A stretch of DNA of 64,000 nucleotides from Pseudonocardiaceae bacterium (GTDB lineage: Bacteria > Actinomycetota > Actinomycetes > Mycobacteriales > Pseudonocardiaceae), in NCBI GenBank assembly GCA_050699575.1, contig JBOHFG010000101.1:13589-77588 (forward strand). Direction: 5' to 3'. Shown here one piece after another: positions 1 through 8,674 of the stretch (positions are counted from its first letter, which is position 1; every line of letters begins with the position of its first letter). The position numbers and the translations under genes were made by a program. The notes below the pieces were generated by a model. It was not told where the DNA came from and made no database searches. It saw only the letters and a program-made list of their open reading frames with translations.

Positions 1-525
1 AACGTCATCGCACCATCGAGGTTCCTGAATCATTACCTGGGGTTCATTCCACTCTTCGGGTCGAACGGTACCTACGGCAAGTCAATTTTCGCGGCATCTG
101 TAGTGCTTGCGGTGATGGTGATCCCGATTGTTGCCGCAATTTCCCGAGAAGTGTTTGTTCAGACGCCACGGGATCACATCGAGGCGGCCTGGGCGATCGG
201 TGCGACGAAATGGGAGATGGTGCGCACGGCGATTTTGCCCTACGGGCGCTCAGGTGTTGCCAGTGGGACAGTACTCGGATTTGGCCGAGCGATAGGAGAG
301 ACAATTGCGGTAGCGCTGGTACTGTCGGCGAACTATGAGATCAGCATCCGCATCCTCGAGCCGGGGGGCAACACTATTGCGGCGAACATTGCCAACCGCT
401 ACGGTGAGGCAGCCGCCGTGGGCAGAGGCGCATTGATTGCGTCGGGCCTGGTGCTGTTCGTTATTACACTGATCGTGAACTTCGGAGCGCGAGCGATTAT
501 CCGCAGAGGCGGGCGGACGTCATGA
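1..525 (+). CDS. pstC: Phosphate ABC transporter permease PstC (C-terminal part; 5' end lies outside the window)
   Basis: Frame 1 is open from base 1. The tail ...HIEAAWAIGATKWEMVRTAILPYGRSGV...GFGRAIGETIAV is the PstC-type EAA loop/permease motif. Its stop overlaps the pstA start (ATGA at 522-525). Confidence 0.85.
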   Translation, partial: NVIAPSRFLNHYLGFIPLFGSNGTYGKSIFAASVVLAVMVIPIVAAISREVFVQTPRDHIEAAWAIGATKWEMVRTAILPYGRSGVASGTVLGFGRAIGETIAVALVLSANYEISIRILEPGGNTIAANIANRYGEAAAVGRGALIASGLVLFVITLIVNFGARAIIRRGGRTS

Positions 526-1574
526 CGCAGTCGGTGGAGGCCTCCACGCCGAGCTCGGCGTTGGTCCGGGCGCGGCTGCCCCGTTGGTCGCTCGCAGCGA
601 TCGCGGCCGGGGCGATTATGGTGACGCTGGTCCTGTTTGGGGTAACAGAGACATCAGGCTGGACCGGTTTTTTGCTCGTTGCGGCTGTGTTCTACGTCGT
701 TGCCCAGACAATGGTATCGGGCCTGGTGGAAGGCAGGCGTGCCGCGATGGACCGGCTGGTGACCAGCCTCGTGGTGGCGTGTGCCTGCGCTGCGGTCCTG
801 CCGCTTGTTGCAGTGCTCGGATTTACCATTGCCAAGGGTGTGACGGTACTGAACGGGGCCTTTCTTACTCATACCATGCGGGGGGTCGCCGAGCAGGATC
901 CGAACGGTGGTATTTATCACGCCATCATTGGCACGCTCGAGCAGGTGGGCTTGGCGACGCTGATGGCGGTTCCGTTCGGCCTGCTCGTCGCGATCTACCT
1001 TGTGGAATATAGTTTCGGGAAGTTTGGCCGAGCTGTGAGTTTTTTCGTCGATGTGATGACCGGTTTGCCATCGATTGTGGCTGGATTGTTCATTTTCGCC
1101 CTGTGGATTCTGGTGTTGGGGCAGAGCTTCTCCGGTTTTGCTGGCTCGCTGGCACTGGCGATTCTGATGCTGCCAACGGTGGTCCGGTCGGCCGAGGAGA
1201 TGCTGAAGATCGTCCCCGACAGTCTCCGTGAGGGTAGCTATGCGCTCGGTGTGCAAAAATGGGTGACCGTGGTGCGTATTGTGCTGCCGACCGCACTGGC
1301 CGGAATTGTGACAGGTGTGACGCTTGCTATTGCTCGGGTCACCGGAGAGACGGCTCCGCTGTTGCTCACGGTATTTGGAAACTCGGCGCTCAACCTCAAT
1401 CCTTTCTCCGGAGCACAGGCCTCGCTGCCGCTGTTTGTCTTTGGGGAGGCGGGGCTGCCCAACGAGACAGCGATCGACCGGGCCTGGGCGGCAGCGTTGA
1501 TTCTGATTCTGATCGTCTTGATTCTCAATATCATCGCGCGAGTCATCGCACGCCTCGCGGGTGTCCGCAGCTAA
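522..1574 (+). CDS. pstA: Phosphate ABC transporter permease PstA
   Basis: 350-aa polytopic ORF with the permease loop 'VPDSLREGSYALGVQKWVTVVRIVLPTA' and 'ARVTGETAPLL'. It sits between pstC and pstB. Confidence 0.9.
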   Translation: MTQSVEASTPSSALVRARLPRWSLAAIAAGAIMVTLVLFGVTETSGWTGFLLVAAVFYVVAQTMVSGLVEGRRAAMDRLVTSLVVACACAAVLPLVAVLGFTIAKGVTVLNGAFLTHTMRGVAEQDPNGGIYHAIIGTLEQVGLATLMAVPFGLLVAIYLVEYSFGKFGRAVSFFVDVMTGLPSIVAGLFIFALWILVLGQSFSGFAGSLALAILMLPTVVRSAEEMLKIVPDSLREGSYALGVQKWVTVVRIVLPTALAGIVTGVTLAIARVTGETAPLLLTVFGNSALNLNPFSGAQASLPLFVFGEAGLPNETAIDRAWAAALILILIVLILNIIARVIARLAGVRS

Positions 1575-1592
1575 CTAGAAATTGGATCTTCT

Positions 1593-2369
1593 ATGGCTAA
1601 GAATGTTCACATGAAGGACGTTGATATCTACTACGGCAAGTTCCACGCTGTGCAGGGCGTGACTCTGTCGGTGCCGCCGCGGGCGGTCACCGCGTTCATT
1701 GGTCCCTCCGGTTGCGGCAAGTCGACCGTGTTACGCACGATCAATCGGATGCACGAGGTGATCCCAGGGGCGCGGGTGGCGGGCCGGGTAGAACTTGATG
1801 GGGAAGACATCTACCGGCCCGGCGTTGATCCCGTGGAGGTGCGGCGCGCGGTCGGCATGGTGTTCCAGCGGCCCAACCCGTTTCCCACGATGTCTATCCG
1901 GGACAACGTGGTAGCCGGCCTCAAGCTACAGGGTTCGCGAGATAAGGCTCGACTGGATGAGGTGACCGAGCGATCGCTACGTGGTGCAAACCTGTGGAAC
2001 GAGGTAAAGGACCGGCTCGGTAAGCCTGGCGGGAGCCTCTCGGGCGGGCAGCAGCAGCGGCTGTGTATCGCGCGCGCTATCGCGGTGCAGCCTGACGTGC
2101 TGCTTATGGATGAGCCTTGCTCGGCCTTGGACCCGATCTCCACACTGGCGATCGAGGGCCTGATTGAGAATTTGAAGAAAGACTACACTATTATCATAGT
2201 GACGCACAACATGCAGCAGGCTGCTCGGGTATCTGATCGAACTGGGTTTTTCAACTTGCCGGCCGCAGGTCAGCCTGGCCGCCTCGTCGAGCTCAACGAT
2301 ACGGAAAAAATTTTCTCGAACCCGCTGGAGAAAGCCACGGAAGACTACATCTCGGGGAGGTTTGGCTGA
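1593..2369 (+). CDS. pstB: Phosphate import ATP-binding protein PstB
   Basis: Walker A 'GPSGCGKST', ABC signature 'LSGGQQQR' and Walker B '[11 protein letters not shown]'. The 258-aa length is typical of PstB. Confidence 0.95.
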   Translation: MAKNVHMKDVDIYYGKFHAVQGVTLSVPPRAVTAFIGPSGCGKSTVLRTINRMHEVIPGARVAGRVELDGEDIYRPGVDPVEVRRAVGMVFQRPNPFPTMSIRDNVVAGLKLQGSRDKARLDEVTERSLRGANLWNEVKDRLGKPGGSLSGGQQQRLCIARAIAVQPDVLLMDEPCSALDPISTLAIEGLIENLKKDYTIIIVTHNMQQAARVSDRTGFFNLPAAGQPGRLVELNDTEKIFSNPLEKATEDYISGRFG

Positions 2370-2767
2370 TGTCATCGATCGAGGGCTGGGGGCAGACAAA
2401 TACGCCGGAGATAGGTCGCTATATGTCGGTCGATCCCCAGACTCTCGGTCGGCTGCGGATCCTGCGAGTCGGTGATGTGGAGCTACAGCTCGATGGGCAC
2501 AGACTCATCGTCCGGGGAACTCCGGTTCACCTGCCGCACAAAGAGTTCGTGATTCTCCAACAGCTGATGGACAATGCTGGTCGGGTCGTCACCCGGCGTG
2601 AGTTGTTGGACAACGCCTGGGGTCCGGATCGGTTAGATGTCCGAAACTACCTGGAGGTGCACATTCGTCGGCTTCGTACGAAGATTGAGAGTGACGCGGA
2701 CCGGCCGACTCGCATTCGAACGGTGCGCGGAGTAGGCTATATTTTTGACTTGCCACAGAACAACTAA
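2369..2767 (+). CDS. Stand-alone OmpR/PhoB-type winged-helix DNA-binding protein (no receiver domain)
   Basis: 132 aa. 'LPHKEFVILQQLMDNAGRVVTRRELLDNAWG...NYLEVHIRRLRTKIE...RIRTVRGVGYIF' matches the trans_reg_C effector-domain pattern. No Asp-receiver sequence precedes it. The start overlaps the pstB stop (TGATG). Confidence 0.8.
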   Translation: MSSIEGWGQTNTPEIGRYMSVDPQTLGRLRILRVGDVELQLDGHRLIVRGTPVHLPHKEFVILQQLMDNAGRVVTRRELLDNAWGPDRLDVRNYLEVHIRRLRTKIESDADRPTRIRTVRGVGYIFDLPQNN

Positions 2768-2821
2768 TGCACCTGCTTCCAGTGCGGAGCACTGACTCGT
2801 GGGCTCACGCTGCCACCGGAG

Positions 2822-3088
2822 CTAGCTGGCCGGAGGACTCTCGTGCAGCTGGGCCTGGGGAGACTGGGCCTGGGCCGGCTGAGCTTGGGCCGGCTGAGCT
2901 TGGGCGGAGTGGGTCGTCGAGGGTAGCTGTTCGGGTTCTTTCTCGCCCGACAGCGCGCGGGTCTCCGCCTTGAAGATCCTCATCGACTGACCCACTGAAC
3001 GGGCCATCTGTGGCAGTTTGTTGGCCCCGAACAGCAGGATGAAAGCTCCCGCAACGATCAACAAATGCCACGGGCTGAACTCGCCCAT
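2822..3088 (-). CDS. tatA: Sec-independent (Tat) translocase subunit TatA/E
   Basis: 'MGEFSPWHLLIVAGAFILLFGANKLPQMARSVGQSMRIFKAE' is the canonical TatA TM plus amphipathic helix. A GGGAGG RBS lies upstream of the ATG at 3088. The longer track ORF (to 3142) is an upstream extension. Confidence 0.9.
   Translation of the reverse strand: MGEFSPWHLLIVAGAFILLFGANKLPQMARSVGQSMRIFKAETRALSGEKEPEQLPSTTHSAQAQPAQAQPAQAQSPQAQLHESPPAS
2872..2901. repeat. In-frame 15-bp tandem duplication (gggccggctgagctt x2) encoding the AQAQP-rich TatA tail
   Basis: Two identical adjacent 15-mers read directly from the sequence, with related degenerate copies on both sides. The protein tail reads AQAQPAQAQPAQAQSPQAQ. 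Confidence 0.6.
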
Positions 3089-3259
3089 CGCAGCCTCCCT
3101 GGTCAGCGTCGCAGCACGACGCTCAGTGTAGACACCAAACATACTCGCCCCGGGCTGTCAAGGTTCGGCCCGCCGGATAGGGCGTGACTCCGATCCTCCA
3201 CCACCTGAGTCACACTGGAGCATACTTGTCCTGACCTGGATGGCCTACCGAGGGAAGCG

Positions 3260-4885
3260 GTGATCATGGCGCAAACGTCCGTGCGCAGGTCGGCGCCCGG
3301 TGCGCAGCCGGGTTTCCGGCGCGAGGTCGGTTTGATGGCACTGATGTTCGTTTCGCTGGGCTCGATCATCGGGTCGGGGTGGTTGCTCGGGGCGCTGACG
3401 GCGGCCACGTCGGCTGGTGGAGCCTCGATTGTGTCCTGGCTGCTCGCCGGTGTGATCATCGTGCTGCTGGCGCTGGTGCACGCGGAACTCGGTGCGACTT
3501 ATCCGCTGGCCGGCGGAACGGCGCGCTGGCCGCGGTTGGCGTTCGGCGCGCTGGGCGGGTTCACGGCCGGCTGGGTGGCCTGGCTCCAAGCCGTGACGAT
3601 CGCTCCGATCGAGGTTGAGGCGGCACTCGGTTACCTGGAGCATATTTGGCCTGGACTGATCAACGACGTGGGCGTGCTCACGACCATGGGTTTGGGTGCT
3701 GCCACCGCATTGATGTTGCTGTTCACTGTGATTAACATCATGGGTGTCCGGTGGTTGGCGGAGAGCAACCGGATCGCCGTGCTGTTGAAGACCGCGGTGC
3801 CGGTGCTGACGGCCGGAGTCCTCATCGTCGTGTCATTCCGGGGCTCGAACTTCACCGCCGGTGGTGGTTTTGCCCCTTACGGTGCCCACGGGGTGCTCGC
3901 GGCCCTGCCGCTGGGTGTGATGTTCGCACTGCAGGGATTTGAGCAAGCCACTCAGATGGCCGGTGAGGCACGCGACCCGCAACGTAACGTGCCTCGTGCG
4001 GTGATCGGCGCGGTGCTTGTGGGTACCTTGCTCTATCTGGCGTTGGAGATTGCGTTCATCGGAGCGTTGAACCCCGGTAACCTCGCGCAGGGGTGGGCCA
4101 ACCCGATTGGCAAGGGTGATTTCGGACCGTACGCGACGCTGGCCACCGGCCTGGGGTTGGGTTGGCTGGCCGTCATTCTGTATTTTGATGCGTTCATCTC
4201 ACCGGCTGGCACCGGACTGATCTATGTGGGTACCTCCGCGAGGCTGTCCTACGCGCTGGGCCAGGCCGGCTACTTTCCCAAAGGTGTCAGTCGGATCAGC
4301 AGCCGGGGCGTCCCGTACACTGCGATCATCCTGGCATTCGTTGTGGGTCTGATCTGTTTTCTCCCCTTTCCGAGCTGGAGCAGCTTGGTCGGACTGGTCA
4401 CCTCGGCGACGGTGATCATGTATGCTTTCGCGCCGATCACCTTGTTGGTCCTGCGTAAGGCTGATCCAGACCGAACCCGGCCATACCGGCTACCGGCCGC
4501 CCCGATCCTGGCGCCGCTGGCTTTCATCGCCGCAAACGAGATCATCTATTGGACGTCGTGGACCACTGTGCAGAAGCTGATGCTGGCCATCGTCGCCGGC
4601 TACGTGATATTCGGAATCACCTATGCCCTGGGAGGGTCGCTCAAGCGACCGCCGCTGGACCTGCGGACGCTGGCCTGGATCCTTCCCTGGTTCACCGGCC
4701 TGGTCGTGATTTCTTATCTCGGGCAGTACGGCGGGACGAAACTCATCCCCGAGTGGATCGACCTGGGTGTGGTGGCCGGGTTCAGTTTGGTGATCTTCTA
4801 TTCGGCTGTTGCGTTCAGCCTGCCCCGCGACCGAGTCATTGCCGCCGTTGCGGACGAGGAACGTGACCTGGGCAGCCTGGGTTAG
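3260..4885 (+). CDS. APC-superfamily amino acid/polyamine permease
   Basis: 541-aa ORF with about 12 hydrophobic segments. The N-terminal 'MFVSLGSIIGSGWLLG' motif is typical of APC permeases. The start could be GTG 3260 or ATG 3266. Confidence 0.8.
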   Translation: MIMAQTSVRRSAPGAQPGFRREVGLMALMFVSLGSIIGSGWLLGALTAATSAGGASIVSWLLAGVIIVLLALVHAELGATYPLAGGTARWPRLAFGALGGFTAGWVAWLQAVTIAPIEVEAALGYLEHIWPGLINDVGVLTTMGLGAATALMLLFTVINIMGVRWLAESNRIAVLLKTAVPVLTAGVLIVVSFRGSNFTAGGGFAPYGAHGVLAALPLGVMFALQGFEQATQMAGEARDPQRNVPRAVIGAVLVGTLLYLALEIAFIGALNPGNLAQGWANPIGKGDFGPYATLATGLGLGWLAVILYFDAFISPAGTGLIYVGTSARLSYALGQAGYFPKGVSRISSRGVPYTAIILAFVVGLICFLPFPSWSSLVGLVTSATVIMYAFAPITLLVLRKADPDRTRPYRLPAAPILAPLAFIAANEIIYWTSWTTVQKLMLAIVAGYVIFGITYALGGSLKRPPLDLRTLAWILPWFTGLVVISYLGQYGGTKLIPEWIDLGVVAGFSLVIFYSAVAFSLPRDRVIAAVADEERDLGSLG

Positions 4886-7617
4886 CTGCCACCCGAGGCG
4901 CGGGCTTCCGGCGTGGTCTCGCCGTGGCCGCCGTTGAGCGTGTCCGGGCTGAGCAGAATTTCGGGCAGGCCGCTGAACAGCTCTGCCCGATCCTGGACCC
5001 GGCTGATGAGATCGGCGATCTCGGCTGCTACCCGCTGCCGATCGGCTGGGTCGGCCTGCTCGGCGAGCTCCTCCAGCTTGGTGTGGTCGATAACCACCTC
5101 GCCCATGAGCGATGCGGCCAGCGTCAGATGCGCGGCGGCGGTGAACCGCTCACCGAAGACCTGTCCCTCCAGTGCGGCGAGTTCGGCGATGGGATCCGGT
5201 TCTACCTCGGAGAGGGCCCGCCGCATCCGGTCGGCCGCCGTTTGGCGGTCGGTCGCGCAGGCGTAGGCGGCCCGGAAGCCGTCCCGCCGGGCAAGGCGCA
5301 GCAAGGCGACGTGCACCAGGGTGCCGAGGGGATTCCCGAGGTGAATCAGCGCGACTTCGGCCTCAACAGTGAGTAGATCCGCAGCGTGCTTCTCGGCGAA
5401 GGATCGCGAGGCATGCCAATCCGGTAATTTGATCCAGTCCGTCAGCAGGTCTTTGAGCAGCAGCGGTCGGTAGGCTGCGCGGAGGCCGAGTTCCCGCACC
5501 CCGTCGAGAAGATGCTGGTGCAGCTCAACCCGCGGCGCAGCCACCAACGCCAGCTCGTCGAGCACCACGGCGGCTGAGTGGCCCAGCAGCTCCCCGGCAT
5601 GCGCTGCGAAGAAGTCTCTCGACTCTGCCCAGCTCGGCGCCGTAACCCACTCGGTGACGAGGCCGATCTGGTCCAGGGTGAGGGTAAGCCAGTCCGGTTG
5701 CGCGGTCCCGGTGACCGCGTGCCAGACGCGGTTCACGGCGGCTGAGTCCCGCCTGCTGGCCGCGCGCAGGGCGTTGCGCGCAGCCAGCAGGACGGGGTCC
5801 GGCGTCTCACCGTCATCCAACGTCAACAGGGTGACGAGCTCGCGTAGCCCGGTGGACGCATCACCGCGGTTGAGGTGGAACTCGGCCCGCTCGATGATCA
5901 ATGCGTCCCTGGGAGCCGGCGACGAGACGAAGGTCTCGATGCAGTTAGTGTAGACGTCGACCGCAGTGGAGATCCGGCCGAGTGCCGCGAGGTGGCGGGT
6001 GAGGTTCTTCAGCGCTACGACGAGGTGGCCGAAGTAGACCTCGACGGACACCTCAGCCAACCGCCGGCAGATGTCGGCTGCCTCGTGGGCGGGAATCAGG
6101 GCGACGTCGTGCTGTCCTAGGTCGCCATGCTGAGCCGCGAGGCTGCCCAGCGCAGCCGCGAGGCCAGGCAGGTAGGTCGTGGGGTTCGCGTCCACCAGCG
6201 CCCGGTAGGTGTCGACAGCGTGCCAGGTGGTGACCACCGCATCATCGCGGTTACCCACCGCGAGCAGATGGACGACGAACTCACACAGTGCGGCGGCGAG
6301 GCCGGGCAGGTAGAACTCGGGGTTGGCCTCGGCTAGCCGGCGCAGCGCGGCAACTCCGACCGGGCCTGCGTGCGCGGCGTGCCTGGGTAGGTGGCGTCGG
6401 AGGTAGGGGCTCAACAGATCCGTTGCACCGCCGTGGTGGGTCTGCTGCTGGGCGAACGCAACTAGGGCTTCGGCCAGTACCTGGCCAGCTGCGCGACCTG
6501 CCACATTCAGGGAGGGTACGACGAGGTGCTCGACGAACGTGCGGTGCGCGAGCCGGTAGACCGTCTCGCCGTCCTGCCCGTCTTCGACGAGGTAGCACCC
6601 GTAGTGTTCGCGTACCCAGTCCAGATCGTCGGCGCGGTACTCGGCACCGGTCGGGCTCAGCGCGGTGGCCGCGGTCACCCATACTTCTGGTGCCGGCAGC
6701 CCCCGACCCTTCCCCCAGGCGAGCGCTCGCAGCAGGTCCCGGGCAGCGTCCGGGAACGCCACCCCGTTGCGCACTCGGGTGCGGCTCGACAGGTCGTGCT
6801 CCAGCGCCTCGACGGTCGTTGCGGCAAGCTGTCCTTCCCAGCCCGGCGCATCGGCGTCGATGACCCCTCGCACGATCTGGGAGACCACAGTGCAGGCGTA
6901 GAGGAACCCGCCTCGCTGGGCGGCCGCCTTCCTGGCGAGCACTGGGGCCACTCGTGGCACGAGATCGGCCCGGCCGGCGGAGCGCAGCCGGCGAGTCAGG
7001 TACTGCTCGATGTCGTGCCTGGTGGTCGGCTCGGCGTCCAGATCGAGGACCGACGCGTTGCCGCCGAACAGGTCACCCAGCTCGACAGTGGCTTCCTGGC
7101 CGGGCGGTTGGCGCCACCCGAACTCCTCGTGCCGGGTTGCGATCAGCACGCTCGCCAGCACGCTGAGCGGGACCAGCAGGTCCGTCACGATTTCGGTGAT
7201 CTGCTCGGGGATCGCCTCGTCCAACCCGTCGAACACCAGGACCGGCGGATGTGACATGGTCGCCACCGCCTCGAGCAACTGCCAGCAATTCCCCGGCGCG
7301 GGCAGCCGGAGGCGATCCGCCAGCGCGGCCATGAGGTCGTGGGTTCCCATGCCCCGCAGGTACATCGCCGCTTCAACGCAGCCAACGCCTGGGTCCGGGT
7401 CCGCCGGCTCAAGTGGAGTGTGGTCAAGCACCACCTGTCGCCGTGTGTGCTCGGAGAGCGCCACGAGGCGGTCCACCACGGCGGACTTCCCGCTGCCTGC
7501 CGACCCGGTGACCACGAAGGCACCAGGTGCCTCCGTGTGGATCCAGGCCAGGATCTGCGTCAAGACCGCGCGGCGGCCGGTGAACAACCAGTTCTCGTGC
7601 AGCGGATCCTCCTGCAA
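4882..7617 (-). CDS. STAND-class (NACHT-like) P-loop NTPase with C-terminal TPR-like and helical repeats; no recognisable effector or DNA-binding domain
   Basis: 'FTGRR' pre-motif, Walker A 'GSAGSGKSAVV', Walker B 'VLVFDGLDEA' and a winged-helix-like 'YRLAHRTFVEHL'. TPR-like units follow ('NPEFYLPGLAAAL...', 'NPTTYLPGLAAAL...'). Two related ~80-aa units follow those ('TEWVTAPSWAESRDFFAAHAGELL', 'TDWIKLPDWHASRSFAEKHAADLL'). Confidence 0.8.
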   Translation of the reverse strand: MQEDPLHENWLFTGRRAVLTQILAWIHTEAPGAFVVTGSAGSGKSAVVDRLVALSEHTRRQVVLDHTPLEPADPDPGVGCVEAAMYLRGMGTHDLMAALADRLRLPAPGNCWQLLEAVATMSHPPVLVFDGLDEAIPEQITEIVTDLLVPLSVLASVLIATRHEEFGWRQPPGQEATVELGDLFGGNASVLDLDAEPTTRHDIEQYLTRRLRSAGRADLVPRVAPVLARKAAAQRGGFLYACTVVSQIVRGVIDADAPGWEGQLAATTVEALEHDLSSRTRVRNGVAFPDAARDLLRALAWGKGRGLPAPEVWVTAATALSPTGAEYRADDLDWVREHYGCYLVEDGQDGETVYRLAHRTFVEHLVVPSLNVAGRAAGQVLAEALVAFAQQQTHHGGATDLLSPYLRRHLPRHAAHAGPVGVAALRRLAEANPEFYLPGLAAALCEFVVHLLAVGNRDDAVVTTWHAVDTYRALVDANPTTYLPGLAAALGSLAAQHGDLGQHDVALIPAHEAADICRRLAEVSVEVYFGHLVVALKNLTRHLAALGRISTAVDVYTNCIETFVSSPAPRDALIIERAEFHLNRGDASTGLRELVTLLTLDDGETPDPVLLAARNALRAASRRDSAAVNRVWHAVTGTAQPDWLTLTLDQIGLVTEWVTAPSWAESRDFFAAHAGELLGHSAAVVLDELALVAAPRVELHQHLLDGVRELGLRAAYRPLLLKDLLTDWIKLPDWHASRSFAEKHAADLLTVEAEVALIHLGNPLGTLVHVALLRLARRDGFRAAYACATDRQTAADRMRRALSEVEPDPIAELAALEGQVFGERFTAAAHLTLAASLMGEVVIDHTKLEELAEQADPADRQRVAAEIADLISRVQDRAELFSGLPEILLSPDTLNGGHGETTPEARASGGS

Positions 7618-7900
7618 CCGGCAATGCCGCCAACGGCCGTTACGGTGCTCCGCCAGGCACGCGCGGTAACACCATGAGGCTGGGTACGTTACACCCCCGA
7701 TGTCGCTCAGAATCTCCCGGCCGTTGCCTTCCGCTGCTGGTGCGTTACTCGCCGATCGTCCGATGGCCGGGTCGATGTCACCTGCTGTAGCAGATCGTTA
7801 CCTCAATTTATCGTGATGGCGGTTGTGTACCTCGCCGATCGTCGTAATGGTGGTAGGCGGACGGCATACCCAGCATCCTCGAGACCCCAGGAGCAGTAGC

Positions 7901-8221
7901 ATGTCCACGCAATTCGATGTCCACCCGCAGTTCGTCGGCGTGAACCCGACCAGCCAGCCGGTGCAGGAATCTATGGTCCAGCTCGTGCGCCAGGGGCAGG
8001 ACGCCTCGCTCAGGTCGCTGCAGGTGTGGGCCGACTTGGCTCGCAAGCTCGACCCCACCGCCCAGAACAATTCCACAGGCGCAACGATGGTGGATTTAGC
8101 CTACGACCCCTTTGAGAAGCTGCTCGAGGCTCAGCGCCAGGTCGCCGACGAGCTCGTTGCCACCCAGCGACAACTCGCGCAACACCTGTTCGACACCGGC
8201 GCCAACCGCACTGCTCGCTAG
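7901..8221 (+). CDS. Hypothetical small protein (helical, Gln/Leu-rich)
   Basis: The ATG at 7901 is preceded by AGGAG. High third-position GC. No recognisable motif. Confidence 0.5.
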   Translation: MSTQFDVHPQFVGVNPTSQPVQESMVQLVRQGQDASLRSLQVWADLARKLDPTAQNNSTGATMVDLAYDPFEKLLEAQRQVADELVATQRQLAQHLFDTGANRTAR

Positions 8222-8281
8222 CCGGCTCCGGCGGGTAAATTCAGATATCCGGCCAGTACTGGCCCACGGGCAACGGCGCTC

Positions 8282-8647
8282 ATGACCAGCCGTGGCCCTG
8301 CGATGGTGCCCGGACCCCATGCCGTCTCCGCCCACACCGTCGACGAGCTCGCGGCTCATTACAACGGCTACCCAGAAGGTGGTTCCGCGATGAGTAATTC
8401 CCTGCACCTTGCCCGTCAATGGTGGGCAAGTCTTGACCAGACCGACCGGCAACGGGTCTGGAATGCCCGCGACAGTTACCTTGCCGGTGATCTGGTGGAA
8501 AGCATGGCCAGGGCCGGCGTGCCCGTGGTCAGCGACGGTCGCTGGACCTGCGTCAGCGTTGGGCCCACTGGTTTCACCGTGCCTGTTGCCGTCCAACAGC
8601 TCCTTCAGGGGCTATCCCCTGCAGATACTGCATTCGGCACCGCATAG
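8282..8647 (+). CDS. Hypothetical protein
   Basis: 121-aa ORF with coding-like GC3. The alternative start ATG 8390 has a GAAGGTGG RBS. No recognisable motif. Confidence 0.45.
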   Translation: MTSRGPAMVPGPHAVSAHTVDELAAHYNGYPEGGSAMSNSLHLARQWWASLDQTDRQRVWNARDSYLAGDLVESMARAGVPVVSDGRWTCVSVGPTGFTVPVAVQQLLQGLSPADTAFGTA

Positions 8648-8674
8648 TGCTCCAGCACGATCGATCGGTTGGGA

